DNA of 54,973 nucleotides from Pseudovirgaria hyperparasitica (Eukaryota), in the NCBI GenBank assembly GCA_010093815.1, contig ML996580.1; one strand, 5' to 3'. A program made the position numbers and the translations under genes. The notes under the pieces were generated by a model, which was given only the letters and a program-made list of their open reading frames with translations, did not search any database and was not told the DNA's origin. This document shows positions 13,632-27,109 of this stretch, in pieces; positions within the stretch are counted from its first letter, which is position 1, and every line of letters begins with the position of its first letter.

Positions 13632-16600
13632 GTTAAGTACTTTAGAGTAAAATATAAAAAGAAGAAGAATATTATTAGGACTAATACTAGAATAGACTTA
13701 ACTAGACTACTATAGTCTAGTATAGTCTCGTAATAGATAGATCTAGATTAAGTTAGCTAGATTAAGTAAGGGTACTATATAAGTAGACTATATATACTTA
13801 ATTCCTACTCTTTAGAAATTAACCTTATTATAAGAGTAGACTACCCTTTTAAATATATTTCTAAACCCTTCTATAACCTATTAGTCTACTCTTCTACGTC
13901 TATAATTCTTATATAAGTTTAGTATATATAAATATTAAAGTAGCTATAATAATTTAATCTATATAGATTAGATATTACTATACTATATCTATAAATAGTA
14001 TACTATATTAAGTAGTACTTACTAGACTTAAGTTCTTTATATATAGTAGTATTAAAGATATAGAAAGTCTAAGATATCTTATAGTATCTAGACGAATACT
14101 ATTTACTTATATACTACTATTAAATAGTACTATACTTATTATTTACTTAGGGCTAACTTCTATAGAATAATATAGGTATTTAGCTACTAGTCTTATAATC
14201 CCCTTCTTAAGCTAATTAATATCTTACTATATAATAGCTAACCTAGTAATATAAAGAGGCGTTAATATATTAAGTTTATTTATCTTAGAAGCTATAGTAT
14301 AGTTATTTTATTCTTTCTTTTTAGCCCTCTCTTCTTATATCTTATAGATCTCTCTAGCTATAAAGTTAGAGATACCTTTCTTAAATACTATATAATATAA
14401 GTTACTATTAAGGCTTAGTAGTTTACTAATAGTAATATTTATAGTTATTCTAAGAATATATACTAGCTATACTTTACTAGCTTCTATATCTAGTTATTAC
14501 CTCTTATATAGATAGTTATTAAGCTTAACTTCTTAAACACGTAACTTTTAACTAGAGTTTAGGTTGTCTTCTTTATCTATCTTATCTCTAAGTATTATTA
14601 GCTTCTATCTAGATATCTCTTAATTACTATTCTTTTTACTATCTTTTTATTCTTTAATAACTCTTATATATTATTCTTTATATATCCCTTAGAGGTAAGC
14701 TATTTTTCTCTTCTTAGTATAATTAGATATATTCTTTATAATCTCTTATTCTAAGATTATAAGTACTATAGATTCTATAGAGGCTATCTCTTTATAAATA
14801 TATCTATTACTAGCTATATTAAAGTACTTATAGAACTCTATATATCTATTCTTCTTACCCCTAGATAGTATAATTTCTTCTTCTAAGTTACTATCTACTA
14901 AAGCCTTATAGTAGCTTATTACCGTTTTAGTACTAATACTATATACTAGTATTCTCTATAAAGTATTAATATTTACTATGGATATAGAGACCTTTACTCT
15001 CTCTCTATACTAATCTAAGCTATTCTAAACTATTACTATATAGTTTCGAATTACTTATAGAGTAGTCTAAGAGCTAGCTAAAGAAGATAGTAGTAGAATT
15101 TCCTTACTATTTATTCTAAAGTGTTCTTTAAATACTTATACTCTTTTAATATTTAGTAGTCTATTCTTAATATATTCTATTATTTCTAGATATCTATATA
15201 TTAGGTAATCCTCTCTATATGTAATATAAATAATTAGTCTCTAGAGTCTATTCTAAATTATAGTAGAGTTCTAGATACTTAGAGTAGAGATATACTCTCT
15301 CTTCTAGATATAGTTTTATAGATAAACTTAAGCTAATTCTATAGATATAATGTTAGGCACGTATAATAAACCTTCTCTAATAAGGATGCGGCTTATCCCT
15401 AAAGTAGTCCGTTCTATAGAGTATCCTAGCTTTCCTAAAGATAAAGGTACTTAGAAGGCTTAGAGGAGTATAAGTAGGTTTATAGTAAGTATTAATAGGG
15501 TATAAATAGTAACTAGCTAGTAGGCGAGTAAAGTAGTAATTATATCGGTATAAGTTTAAATTAATTACTATAGAACTATCTCTAGAGATTAGGTCTAAAG
15601 GGTCTATATAGTTCTACTAAGATCCTCTAATTAGAATGCTTATTCTAAGCGTTTAGTACGTTACTTAGAATACTAATATTCTATTTCTAATTACCTAGTA
15701 GACTACTTAGAATATCTATTCTAAGTATCTATAATTAGCTCTCCCTATAGGTATCTATCTTAGCCTTAGATTACTATCTAAGGCTACCTATCGTATTATA
15801 GGTACCTCTTCTACGTGCTATACTATTTCTTACGTTACTCGTACTAGAGTCTACGTATCCCCCTATGGCTCTAGCTAGTAATTTATTATAGTACGTAAGG
15901 AGTACGTGGCCTACTAGTTAATTCTACACGTATATAGTAGTTGTATATAAGTAGTATACTCCACCCTTAAAGTAGTAGCTTTAAGATTCGGTCCTTTTAG
16001 TATAGTTAGTTAGTACGTAGAGCCCGCCTTCTTATATATAACTTATACTTAAAGGTATACTAAAAGGTTAAGTCTTTATATCTATTAGTTAATAATAGCC
16101 GAAAGTAATTCTAGTTTATACTTTCTAAGAGATAGAAATATAGAATTAGAAGTAAAGTAAGACTTTATCTTAATTAATATAAGGTCTAGTTTACTAAATC
16201 TCTCTACTATCTTATTAAACTTATCTAATTCTAGTATAATATAAGTCTTAACTATAGAGTAGTTATTAAACTTATTATTCTACCGTTCTCTATATAATTA
16301 TTCTTCTAAGTTAGTCTTCTTTCCTTCTATCTTTAACTTTTAGTATATAGCTATAGCTAGTTCTTATATAGCTAAGTACTTATTAATCTAAGCTAGTTTC
16401 TTAATTACCCTAGCTTTTTATAATATAAAACTATAAATAATTATCTAGTTATAGCTATATATATCTATTATAAGCTAATATTTCTCTATATTTTATACTT
16501 TAAGACTATTAGATAGGCCTTTAAGAAAGAGTTCTATTTATAAATATAGACTTAGGCTTCCTTTAGTAGTAAGTTTCTCTATAATAATATAATACTATAA

Positions 16601-17716
16601 TAATATATAGAGAGAGAGTATAAATAGTCTATCTTAACTATTTCTATATATTTCTATATAAAGTAGATGGTTTCCTTCTTAAGTACTAAGTTAAATAGAG
16701 AGAATTTCTTAAGTAACTCTTTACGTAATATAGTCTACTATTACTTTTAAAAACTAACTATTTCTTTAATAGTAGGTTAGAGATAGTCTTTATAGTATAA
16801 TAGTAGAGATATTATTTTCTTATCTAGTAGAATCTTATAGTTAGTATATATATCTTTATACTTCTAAAGAAAGGTTATAATATTTATTTCTTTAAAGTAA
16901 TCTAGAGCTAGTATAGATAGAGAGACTACTCTCTCTTATTATATAAATACTATAAAGAAGTTAAGTATCTCTCTATAAGTTACTAGGTCCTTACTCTAAG
17001 TTCTAGTTATACTATTACTAATAGTAGATATACTAATAGAGACGCTAGGGGTAAGATTACTAGTTAAGAGATTATTTTAACTAAGAGTTAATCTAATATA
17101 TCTACCCGCGATACCTACTATTCCTTTATTATATTAACTAGTCCTCTTATAAGGCGAGTTATTACTATTATCTTTCTTAATATAAGATTTATAATACTAT
17201 ACTTATATTAATATTTCTATATAAGGTATTTCTAGAGTAGTATATTTATAGACCTTTATTTATAAGTAGTAGCTATAGTAATACTAGAAGAGCTATACTA
17301 TTTACTTCTAAGGGTTCTATTATTATTATTCTTATTACTCTATTTAGTCTCTTTTTATATTCTATTTCTATAAAGTTCTTTTAAGTTATATTATTATATA
17401 AGCTAGTATATATATACTTTTAGTAGTAATTTCTAAGAGGCTAGCTCCTAGTAATTCTAGAATTTTTAGCTTCTAGACTTATAGCTTTAATCTAGTAGAT
17501 CTAGATTACCTTAGTAGTTACTTAACGTATCTTCTCTATATTAGTTTAGAAGTTCTAATCTCTTACTATAAGTTTAAAGTCTAGATATAATCTTTAAAAT
17601 TATAGTAAGCTATTCTTTAGTATATCTCTTTAAAGAAAGAGATTTACTTCTTAATAAGATAGATATAATAAAGTTATATCTATCTTCTCTATATACTATA
17701 AGTACTCTTTAATCTT
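13632..17716. mobile_element. Heavily RIPed transposon relic, type unresolved
   Basis: Extreme RIP signature; Glu/Lys-rich codon pattern on the minus strand (~14300-14900); no confident catalytic motif; hosts nested solo LTRs at 15351-16036. Confidence 0.45.
15351..16036 (+). repeat. Family B solo LTR interrupted by a family A solo LTR (15362-15890, minus)
   Basis: B LTR starts TGTTAGGCACG and resumes at 15891; outer TSD TATAA/TATAA; inner TSD GCACG/GTACG. Confidence 0.88.
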
Positions 17717-18209
17717 TATAACTACTTATTAGTTCTCTTATATAATAGAACGGGTCTATATAATACTTATAATTAATTCTTTAATAACTATATCTATTAA
17801 TTAATACCTACGGAAGTCTATAAACGTAAAGAAAAGCTAGAAATAGTTAAGTATTAGTAATAGAGAGTACCCTTCTTCTCTAAATAAGTAGAGAAATACC
17901 TTTCTTAAGTATATAAATATACTATATAATTAAGCTAGAGATATATACTTATAGAGCTATAGATGCGGCCTTCTATAATATATAATAGTTATATATAAGT
18001 AGTATACTCTACCCTTAAAGTAGTAGCTTTAAGATTTAGTCCTTTTAGTATAGTTATTTAGTACATAGAGTCCGTTTTCTAATACTAATCTTTTTCTATA
18101 TATACTCTTTAATTACTACTAAAGGGGCTTAGTAGTAATTTATTCTATAATAGAATATACTCTATTATTCTATCTAGCTATACTATTATTTATTTACTCT
18201 ATTCTTATA
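17717..18209 (+). repeat. Stack of LTR pieces: family E (17717-17980), 3' part of family B (17981-18084), 3' part of family D (18085-18209)
   Basis: Sequence matches to 13372-13631, 54735-54840 and ~40890-41009 respectively. Confidence 0.8.
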
Positions 18210-18678
18210 GTAATAGCTTTAAGATCTATATCTCTTTATATAGTAGTTAGTATATAGAATTATAATTCTTATAATAGTTTACTACTATATATTAGTTAAG
18301 TATAATAGATACTTTTATATAAGAGTTATAAAGTAGTCTATAATCTAGATTAAGTATATAATAGATAACTATATATCTATAGAAAGAGATTAAGATATAG
18401 TAATACTATAGAATATATATTATAGTACTAGATAATTAAAGAGAAAGAGTACTATAAGAAAGTAGATTTTACATTATATAATATATAATAGTAGACTATA
18501 TTATATTAGTTCTATAATTTACTATACTATATATTATTATATTCTAATATCTTACTATTACTATTCAAATACTATGTGTTCTTAGTTATCTAAGTAGAAA
18601 AAACTTCTTTATGAAATTTCTTACTATCTCTATTTACTTCTTGATATTTATCTTATAGCTTCTATTATCTACTACTTT

Positions 18679-20441
18679 TTAAGTCTCGCGATACCTTTGG
18701 CGTACTAAGTTCCTCTGGGGATATCCCTTGGTCCCTTTAGGTAGTGGCTCTAGTGCGAGTAAGATGGAGCTTCGATGTATTTGTGCTGGTATAGAACAGA
18801 TAGCATTCGCTTGCTCAATTGACGACCATATCTCGGCAATTAAAGCTTGAGTCTTGTCTGCTTCCTCAGGCCGCGGTCCTTGAGTTTGGCCTAAGCCCAC
18901 AGGCTCTATAACGACGTGTAACACCCCCTCTTCACAGTCACAGATGACCGCAGCTGCAATACTAGGGTGTCTCTCTATCATATGTTCCATCTCATTAGGC
19001 ATTAGAAGACTTGATCTCGACTTGATGGAGGCGATGTTTGGGCCAACACTGTTACTAGTCGGTGCCCGACAAATGATCACATCTTCCATTCGACCGACAT
19101 ATCTCCAATGATCGTCCTTCGCCGGATCAGGATGGCGGACAAAGATATCGTTGGTGTTCCACTCTTCGAAGCTAGGAAAGAGCTCGAAACCGATCTGGAA
19201 CCCCCTTGCACCCACATCCCTTGGAAGAACAAGATGGTAATAATTGGATGAGGCTATAGGCCTCATTTGATGGGTGAAGGAAGAGTCCCATTTCATATAT
19301 GCCCAGTCAGAGGAGACTGTGGTAAAGAGAGGATACATGCCTGTTTCTGTTGAGCCGTATAAGGGGTAGAGTTGGGTGTGAGTGCTTATAGCCTCTCCGG
19401 CATGATTTGGACATGCTGCACCAATATATCCGACGGAGTCAATCTTGCTTTTAATCAAAGCAAGCATACGTGAGCATTTAGCGATGTCCGGAAATATCTT
19501 GGGTGGTGCTATGACACAGGTCACGTTCGCGTAACATATAGTTTGCTCGAGCTTGTCAGCACTTAAAGGACCCGGGGCGGGTGGAAGAACGCTAGTGAAG
19601 TCGTACACGAAATTGAGTCCAAGGAGAAAGTATAACCCAGCTGCTGATGATACGGGACTAAGTAAAGCAACGCGCTTCCCTCGAAATCTTTCATAATTCA
19701 AATCATCCTTGTTGTTCACTGATAGAAAGGATTTTGCCATCCGTAGTAAATGTCTATGTGTCATCACAATCGCTTTTGGGTTTCCAGTGGTCCCAGACGA
19801 GTGAATGACAGTGAATGGGTCATTCGGATTGTTCCCTGTGCTCTTTGTGGATGCGAGAATCCCCAGTTGTTGTGGGAAATCCGTTGCAAACCAGAAATGC
19901 AATGGTGGAGCTGTGATAACGTTTATTTCGGACTTTATACTCGTTAAAGATTCGACAGCCATCCGTGCCTCTGGCATAAGGTTACTAGTCGAGACGAGGT
20001 ACTGAGTTTCCATCGTGGTGCTGATGTATACTAGGGCCTCTGTTGTACATCTTGGATGACAGAACAACCCCTTCCCACACATCAGCGGGAGAGTGGACAA
20101 GTATGGTACTAACTTACCTTGAAACCAATCTTTGCCGAAGCCAGCATGAACACAATAACACTTAAATCCTGCGGTAGCATGTAGTGGATCGTCTCAAAAC
20201 TCTCACTTTGATGACCAATCTCGCGTAGAAGCCATGAAGCTGCTTTGTCGATTGCGCTGGCTAGGTCTCTAAAGGTCACGTTTTTCCATCCACGGCTTGG
20301 GTTCTTCTCATCCTTTGGTATGGAGATAGCGACATGTTCAGGGTAGTTCCGAGCAATCACATCGAACAGGCGCGGAACCGTTGTGTCGTCGCCGAATTGA
20401 TTATAGAGCGTGGATATAGACATAGTAGAATTGGCAGACAT
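18679..20441 (-). CDS. NRPS-like / ANL-family adenylation (AMP-binding) enzyme, 2 exons, possibly C-terminally truncated by RIP
   Basis: Intron 20071-20117 (GTAAGT...AG) joins ORFs 20109..20441 and 18679..20100 in frame; motifs HSSGTTGNPK (A3), YGSTETG (A5), WNTNDIF (A7), YVGRMED (A8), LPKGTKG (A10). Confidence 0.85.
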
Positions 20442-20643
20442 AAGTAGACTTGGTAGATATAGTAGATATTGTAGACTCGGTAGACTTCATAAGGATTTCT
20501 AGCATGATCTAATAGTTTCGGATAGAGTGGCCACGCTAGGGCTAAGGATAAGTAGGCTAGCTTAGGTTACAATTCAAACCACCTCATTTCCTAGGATATT
20601 CATAGGTAGATATGTAGGACGTAGCGTCTTAGTATCTTTAGAA

Positions 20644-21770
20644 ATCTATTAAAAACTTTTCTAGTATAACTCTTCGTAAGTAAATCTACTATATAGTATC
20701 TCTAGATAGTCTCTAATTATCTACTAAACTATATTCTAATTAAATAACTTTAACTACTTCTATAGCTAGCTACTAGTAACTAACTTTTACTTATAAATAT
20801 AGAGATAGACTCTTCTTATCTATATCTTTATAAACTTTAACTTTGGAAAAAAATTAAATATTATTAAGAATATCTTTATTAAGATTCTTATTATATAAGA
20901 TAGTCTAAGATAATATTATATATATATCTAGTCTATTACTTATTAACTATTATCTATAATCTAGCTCTTTTAATACTTCTATTATATCTTATTCTTTTCT
21001 AGAGCTCTCTTTACTTATAAATTTAGATATATATATAAGAATATTTAAAAGTAGATATAATAGATACTAGTAATAGATATTAAGATATATTATAATTTCT
21101 TAGTATATAGAGAGTATTTAGAGTTCTTTATTATATAGAATAAAATAATTATATATTAACTCTATCTATCTATAACTTTATCTAATAATACTAGTATTAA
21201 TACTCTATAAGATATTAGAAAATATTATATACTTTTATCTATATCTTAAGAATATTTATTAAGTATAAGATAGTAGACTCTATATACTAAATATCTATAC
21301 TAAAAGAACTAAATCTTAAATCTACTACTTTAAGAGTAGAGTATACTAATTATAATAGACTAGATACTATATATAAAGATTATTTATAAATTATATATCT
21401 AATATTAAGTTCTTTTAAAGACTAAAGAGTCTTAAAGAGATAGATAGAGAAAATCTCTAATTTCTTACTATTTTTACTATCTACTTTAGTACTTTAGAAG
21501 TTACTTCTTCTATATCTTAGAGTTATAATTATAGAGCTTTTCTTAAAATAACTAATTAAATATATTCTTTTTCTCTTAATTTTTCTTATATAGAAAGTAA
21601 GATACTCTATAGAACTTAAAGTATACTTAGATATAATTAAAAAACTTCTTAGAGACTTAACTCTAGATTTATTAGAGGATATAAAAAGTTTTCAGAATAA
21701 TAGAATATATGTGTATATGTTATACACGTAACACGCGCCAAGAGTTACGCTGAAAAAGTTATGGACGGAT
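20644..21770. mobile_element. RIPed DNA-transposon-like element with ~31-bp imperfect terminal inverted repeats
   Basis: Left ATCTATTAAAAACTTTTCTAGTATAACTCTT (20644-20674) vs right AAGAGTTACGCTGAAAAAGTTATGGACGGAT (21740-21770); AT-rich interior bounded by these ends; no TSD recognised. Confidence 0.6.
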
Positions 21771-22062
21771 AGAAGAGCCACGCTAAACACGGATGTAGCG
21801 CCGAATGAAACAGTGGGCATCAGTCAAGGCCCTAAGGATACAATTGTATCGCACGTACTCCTCGAATGTCCGAATCGTCCGTAATGTCACGTCAGTGAAC
21901 ATCAGTTGTTAACCACGTCGAGTTAAGTGCAGTCATGGCTGCGCGAAAAGATGTCGTAAACAATAAACTAATGGACTGATATGACTAGTATCATAAAATG
22001 ATAAAGAGGCTTACAAAGTAGCGACTTTGGAATATTAAGTTCTGTTCATTGTAAAACAAACC

Positions 22063-23181
22063 ATGGCTAACAGTGAACAAAATATTGCGAGCGACGAACG
22101 AAGGGATTCTTACACACTGCAACGCAACTTTCAATCCTCAATTCGGTAAGAGCAATCAGTGCAATAGTGCTACTGCGATCATTTATTGACACATGCCAGC
22201 CTGAATGCACAGCACTACCTCTGGAAAGATGCAGTCGGATACAATATTCACCCACGGATTCCTGTTCTTGACTGCCCTACTTTCAAAATCGCCGACATAG
22301 GCACTGGTACAGCGTAAGCCAATCAATGAGTCCCGGCCGCTTGCACATGAATAACCGATCTCAGGATATGGGTGACAGATGTGAAGCGCGAATATCCTCG
22401 GGTTCAAGTCGACGGCTTTGACTTAAATCTGAAACAAGCCCCTGCTGTGAAATGGATGCCGCACGGAACGTCACTCATTACCTGCGATGCTAGGAAGCCC
22501 CCAGATCCTAGGTTTCAACATCAGTACGACATTGTTAACATTCGTCTATTTCTCGCTGTCGTGGAGAACAATGATCCTTCAATAATCCTAGATCATGCTT
22601 TAAGACTGTTGAGTAAGACTGAACAAATTGGGCTCCAATGACTCATATCATATGCTGACAGGTGGTTACAGAGCCTGGAGGCTGGATTCAGTGGAGCGAG
22701 CACGTCATGAGTGACATCTCATGCAAATCCGCTCAAGCTGATACGATACCTCCGCATTGCGCCATGGAGGAGCTGGCACAGTTCCTCCAACGTACTAATC
22801 TCGGACGGTCAGTCGAGCTTCCGTGTTACACGTGTTGTCTATAAATTTTCTCTAATGTTATTATCTAGCTGGGTGCCAGAACTACCGAAACTTTTCGCCG
22901 AAAGAAACTTTACGGAAGCTGAAATGTACAAGTACCCTATACTTCCGCATACTCGACTGTTTTGGACACAAATGCAGTTCAACTCTACTATGGATTACAC
23001 TTTTATGGCCCTTGATAATGATACGTCCGACTCAGCCGGCCCCCAAGCGCGTGAGATGATCGCTCGAGCAGTGGAAGAAACGCAACGTGGAATTGCTCTC
23101 GACTTTATACCAACTACTACCGTTGCCCAGCTTCCATTGACGTGGGGTGAGGGTGGAGGTAGAAGCTCATATCGCTTGTAG
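22063..23181 (+). CDS. Class I SAM-dependent methyltransferase (fungal LaeA-like type), 5 exons
   Basis: ATG 22063; introns 22146-22199, 22314-22364, 22613-22671, 22808-22868 give one frame with RLNAQHYLW...IHPRIP...IADIGTGTAIW...VDGFDL...YDIVNIR...LLKPGGWIQWSE. Confidence 0.88.
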
Positions 23182-23407
23182 CTATCTTTGATATATCCAA
23201 ACATCTTTAGACAGTATACTGACACTAATCATCGGTGAACTTTCGAAAGTTGCTCCCCACTGAGTATGTCACATGTTGTACACCCACTAGCTGTATACCC
23301 ATACAATCGGACGAAGACAACTTTGTTCTACTTGGGCAGGTACTTGCTAGTGACATGTGAACCTTTGGCCACTATCTCTTTACCCATACATCTCAATTGT
23401 CACCACT

Positions 23408-24241
23408 TTACAGTTGTGTTATGGTTAGGTTGTCTACGACATCCTTGATGATTCCGGCCAACGTGTTCTTCCGACTCAGCCATGCGCTATGGCTACTGTC
23501 CAGTTTGATGAGACTCCATGGGTGCTTAGCTCCGTTCTGCGCAGCACTGAACATCTGTTCTTGGAGCTCAGGATATACGCCCTGGTCTTTGGTACACATG
23601 ACGTAGGTGCATGGCACCTCCTCCCATGGAGAGTATTGAGCATTGGACGCAAAGGTGGCTGCAGTGTGAGGTTTCATGGCGTCAGTCCACGTCTTTGACT
23701 TCTCTGGTGACACATCATTGTAAAATGTGTTATGTGGATCGATAATGTCTAGGTATGCCTCATTCTCCTGCACTCGGTAAGTTTAAATCATGCATACTAT
23801 GCCATTGACAGAGATGGCGCGTCAACCTACTTCGTTTGGCTTGAGATATGGGGGCGGTGAGGGAAAGACCCCAAGGAGATTTTCGCCTTTCGGTGCGATA
23901 AAAGCACTAACGTATATGGCTGCAACGACGCCGCCTTGAGTACTGCCATTCTCGCCATTTTTGACAAGACCTTCGATGGCATCACTACCAGCCAGTCCGC
24001 CGTAGGAATGCATGACGATAATGACATCCTTCCCTTCCTCGACAATGTCCTTGATCTTTTCATGGAGAGCTTGGCTATCCTCAATGTGAGAGCCGAGAGG
24101 CGTATCGCGAATGCCTACGCTTAGTAATGACAGCGATACAGACTCAATCCCATCAGCACGCAGTACCTCTGCCACTCCATTCCAACATTTGTAATTGTGC
24201 CATGCACCGTGTATGAAGACAATTGTTGGCTTGCGCATCAT
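23408..24241 (-). CDS. Alpha/beta hydrolase (Abhydrolase_6 / methylesterase-like), 2 exons
   Basis: IVFIHGAWH oxyanion motif, MHSYGG nucleophile elbow, KDQGV acid, DSSHSAW His; intron 23768-23830. Confidence 0.9.
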
Positions 24242-24769
24242 GTTTAGCTGGTACGAAGACTGAGCAAGTGAGTATTGGTGGTGTTGCGGGGAGCGCGTCC
24301 GTATGTAGCGTTATGAGAAATGTCACTCGACGTGCGCAAAGCTTGTAGTTCTATACCAAACTAGGATGAAGCGTGTCACCTTTGCGCTCTCCGTCACGAA
24401 ATTCTTACTTCTATAAATAGGGGGCCGGCAGCCAAGCCAGTGACATGGTGTTGTACTTTGTGGTGAGGTCCATGCTTGCTCTAGTCTCTAGAAAGCTCCT
24501 AGAAGCGTCACAGTTAGTTTAGCGACATGAATGAATGAATCCTTCCTCGCAGTCGGTGGCTCCTGTTGGCTCATGCAATGGATGGCGTGACCATATCTAG
24601 ACTCCTTCACTGGCGTCGGAATGTTGACTGTCTAGTGGCAGGAGTTTGACACGTTTTGCTTAGCCACCAGTAAGTATTATTTTGGATGGATCTCCTGTCG
24701 TTTTTCCAGATTCTAACGAGCTTGGCGTTTTCCGTTTTCACGCATGTTCTAAAGTTCTTAACCCTCCAT

Positions 24770-25120
24770 TCCATACTTATTCTACCTCTATACCCCGACA
24801 TAAGAGTCTATATATTATTACTAATTATAGACTTATAGAATATAATAAAGTAATAAAACTCTACGTAATTTTCAAACCTTTTTAGTCTAAATCTAGTTTA
24901 TAATACGAGGGTTTAATTCGTTTTAAAAAGAAAGAAAATAACGAGCAGGTTTTCGTTCTAGATATTTTAGAAAGTCTACTCTATATCCTTATACACTCTA
25001 GAAAGAAGAAAAAATCTATAGGAAGGGTAAAGGTATATCTACTTATCTGTTATGTCTACTTGAAAATATTATTATATACTTATATATAGATACATAACTA
25101 GAAAGAGCTCTACATAGGAA
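24770..25120. repeat. Short AT-rich, RIP-like relic in an intergenic region
   Basis: Local drop in CpA/TpG and rise in TpA within otherwise normal DNA; boundaries approximate. Confidence 0.45.
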
Positions 25121-25966
25121 TGGGGGGTACGAATACGCCTGCACAAGTGCCAGGCTCATTAGGTTTTAGGAAAACAACCAATATTCATGCCTTCACAGCG
25201 TCAAACCTCCTACCCATTAAAGACTAGATGGTGGAGTAACACCAGACGTCTTAGCGTAACTTGAATGAAGCATGCACTACAGAGAAGTGGGTCTGTGGAG
25301 ACAGATCAGCATTACAGGATGAGTACCGACAAGGGCATGGCAATGTCACTTGCGCCAAAATTCCAATCGCCGCTGCGGTACCGCTTGTCTCAAAATGGAA
25401 AGTCAAGGTCGTGCACTGGCTAGTCAAAGATGACATCGGTCGGTTATTTGTCTTGGAAACAGCTTGGCTTATGCCTCATGACACTACATGGCTTCAGATG
25501 TTGACGTAGGATCGAACGTTAGTCTCAACTCCCAGAAACAATTGTGAAATCAGACAAGATTGAGAGGCCTATCTATCGCGAGACTTAGCATGCCGCTCTT
25601 ACTATACATGCGTCCCGATTCTGTCATTGAGCCAGTAGTGTGTATCAATTGATATTCTATTCAAAATAACTCGTGTGGTCACTATGGGACGCGCCGAACA
25701 TAGTTTCAATGCATGCATGGGCCAATCAGGTTTTTTTTCGTTGACCTAACGGGAAACAGGGAGAAACATACCTGACACTTGACATGAGATGTGCGCTGCA
25801 GGAGATAAGCCCTCACTTCTAGGAAACCCCATGGATAGATCAAACATTCCAATTTTATAAGTATGCTTGATTTAGTCTTTAATATGTGCCCTCACTCTAC
25901 GCCATTTAGACTTTGGACTATTGGATTTTCTTTCTATCTGCTAGCTACCTATCGATTACTACTGGT

Positions 25967-27109
25967 ATGGATCAGTACGAGGATGCCTCACTGAAGACCC
26001 TCGGGAGTATCATCCCCTTCGCAATACTAGCTTTCATCGCCGTCATCCTCCGTTTTTATGCGCGACGACTTGTGCGCGCCGAATGGGCTAGGGATGATTG
26101 GACTTCTCTACTTGCGCTGTTTCCAACTCTCGGTTGCTTTATTCTGTCCTGTCTCAGTATGTGCAAATGTGTTCTTCGTCTGTGCGCTATTCTAATCAAC
26201 AATTCTCGATAGTGGTCAAATATGGCTCCGGAAAGCACGTTCGTGTTGTATCACCAGCAAATTTTGAGCCGTATCTACAATGCCTCTTTGCCTACGAGCT
26301 AATATACGCACACGCTATACTATTCATTAAGACATCAGTATTAATGCTATACACGCGGATATTCTCAACACGTAAATTCAAGCTCGTCGTAATGGTCGTA
26401 CAGGCTGTCATAGTAGCCTGGTACCTAGCCGTTGTCTTCGTCTCAATCTTCTCATGCAATCCAACTCGGGGCTTTTGGGACAAGACTCTGGTACCTCCGG
26501 CCAAGTGTGTCAGCTCAAAGAAGTTCTTTGTTGGAAATGCGATTCCAAATATCGTAACAGATGTCGTAATCCTAGCGCTTCCAATTAACACCGTATTCGG
26601 TCTTCAACTTCGAACAACGCAGAAACTCTCTATATGCTTTACATTCCTACTTGGTATCTTGTAAGTCGACTTCTTACATAAACCGAACAAGCTGACATTT
26701 ATCTGCTAGCGTTACTGTGTCTAGCGCGGTTCGTCTCGTCGCGCAGTTCCGAGTGGACGAACCGGACTTCACTTGGGCCATGAACGATACAGTAATTTGG
26801 ACGTCGATCGAGCCTTCCTTGGGACTCATCTGTGCTTGTCTTCCTACAATGAGACCATTATTGAATAGCTTCACCCAAGCAAGCGAGAAACGCTCGCGTC
26901 GAACCACTTCTTATGCCTTGTCTGAACGTTCTAACCCTCCCCAGGGCTCGATAACAAGGAATGGCCGTGGAACATGGCCTCTTCAAACCACAGAATCTAG
27001 GTCTGATTTAGGTCGATCGGAAACTAGGAGTAAGATTGTTGTAGATACCCGAATCGATATTGAGAGTAGTACGGAGGATACCAGGCAAATACTTCATAGA
27101 GTTGTTTAG
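25967..27109 (+). CDS. PTH11-like (fungal rhodopsin-domain) integral membrane protein without CFEM, 3 exons
   Basis: LRFYARR...DDW, YGSGKH, IKTSVLMLYTRIF, FSCNP..GFWD, NIVTDVVILALP, WTSIEPSLGLICACLP; introns 26157-26212 and 26661-26709. Confidence 0.9.

Noticed and set aside
13372..17980. Single LTR retrotransposon bounded by the two family E repeats
   Set aside because: The repeats differ by non-RIP changes, no shared TSD, and no gag/pol motif recognised between them.
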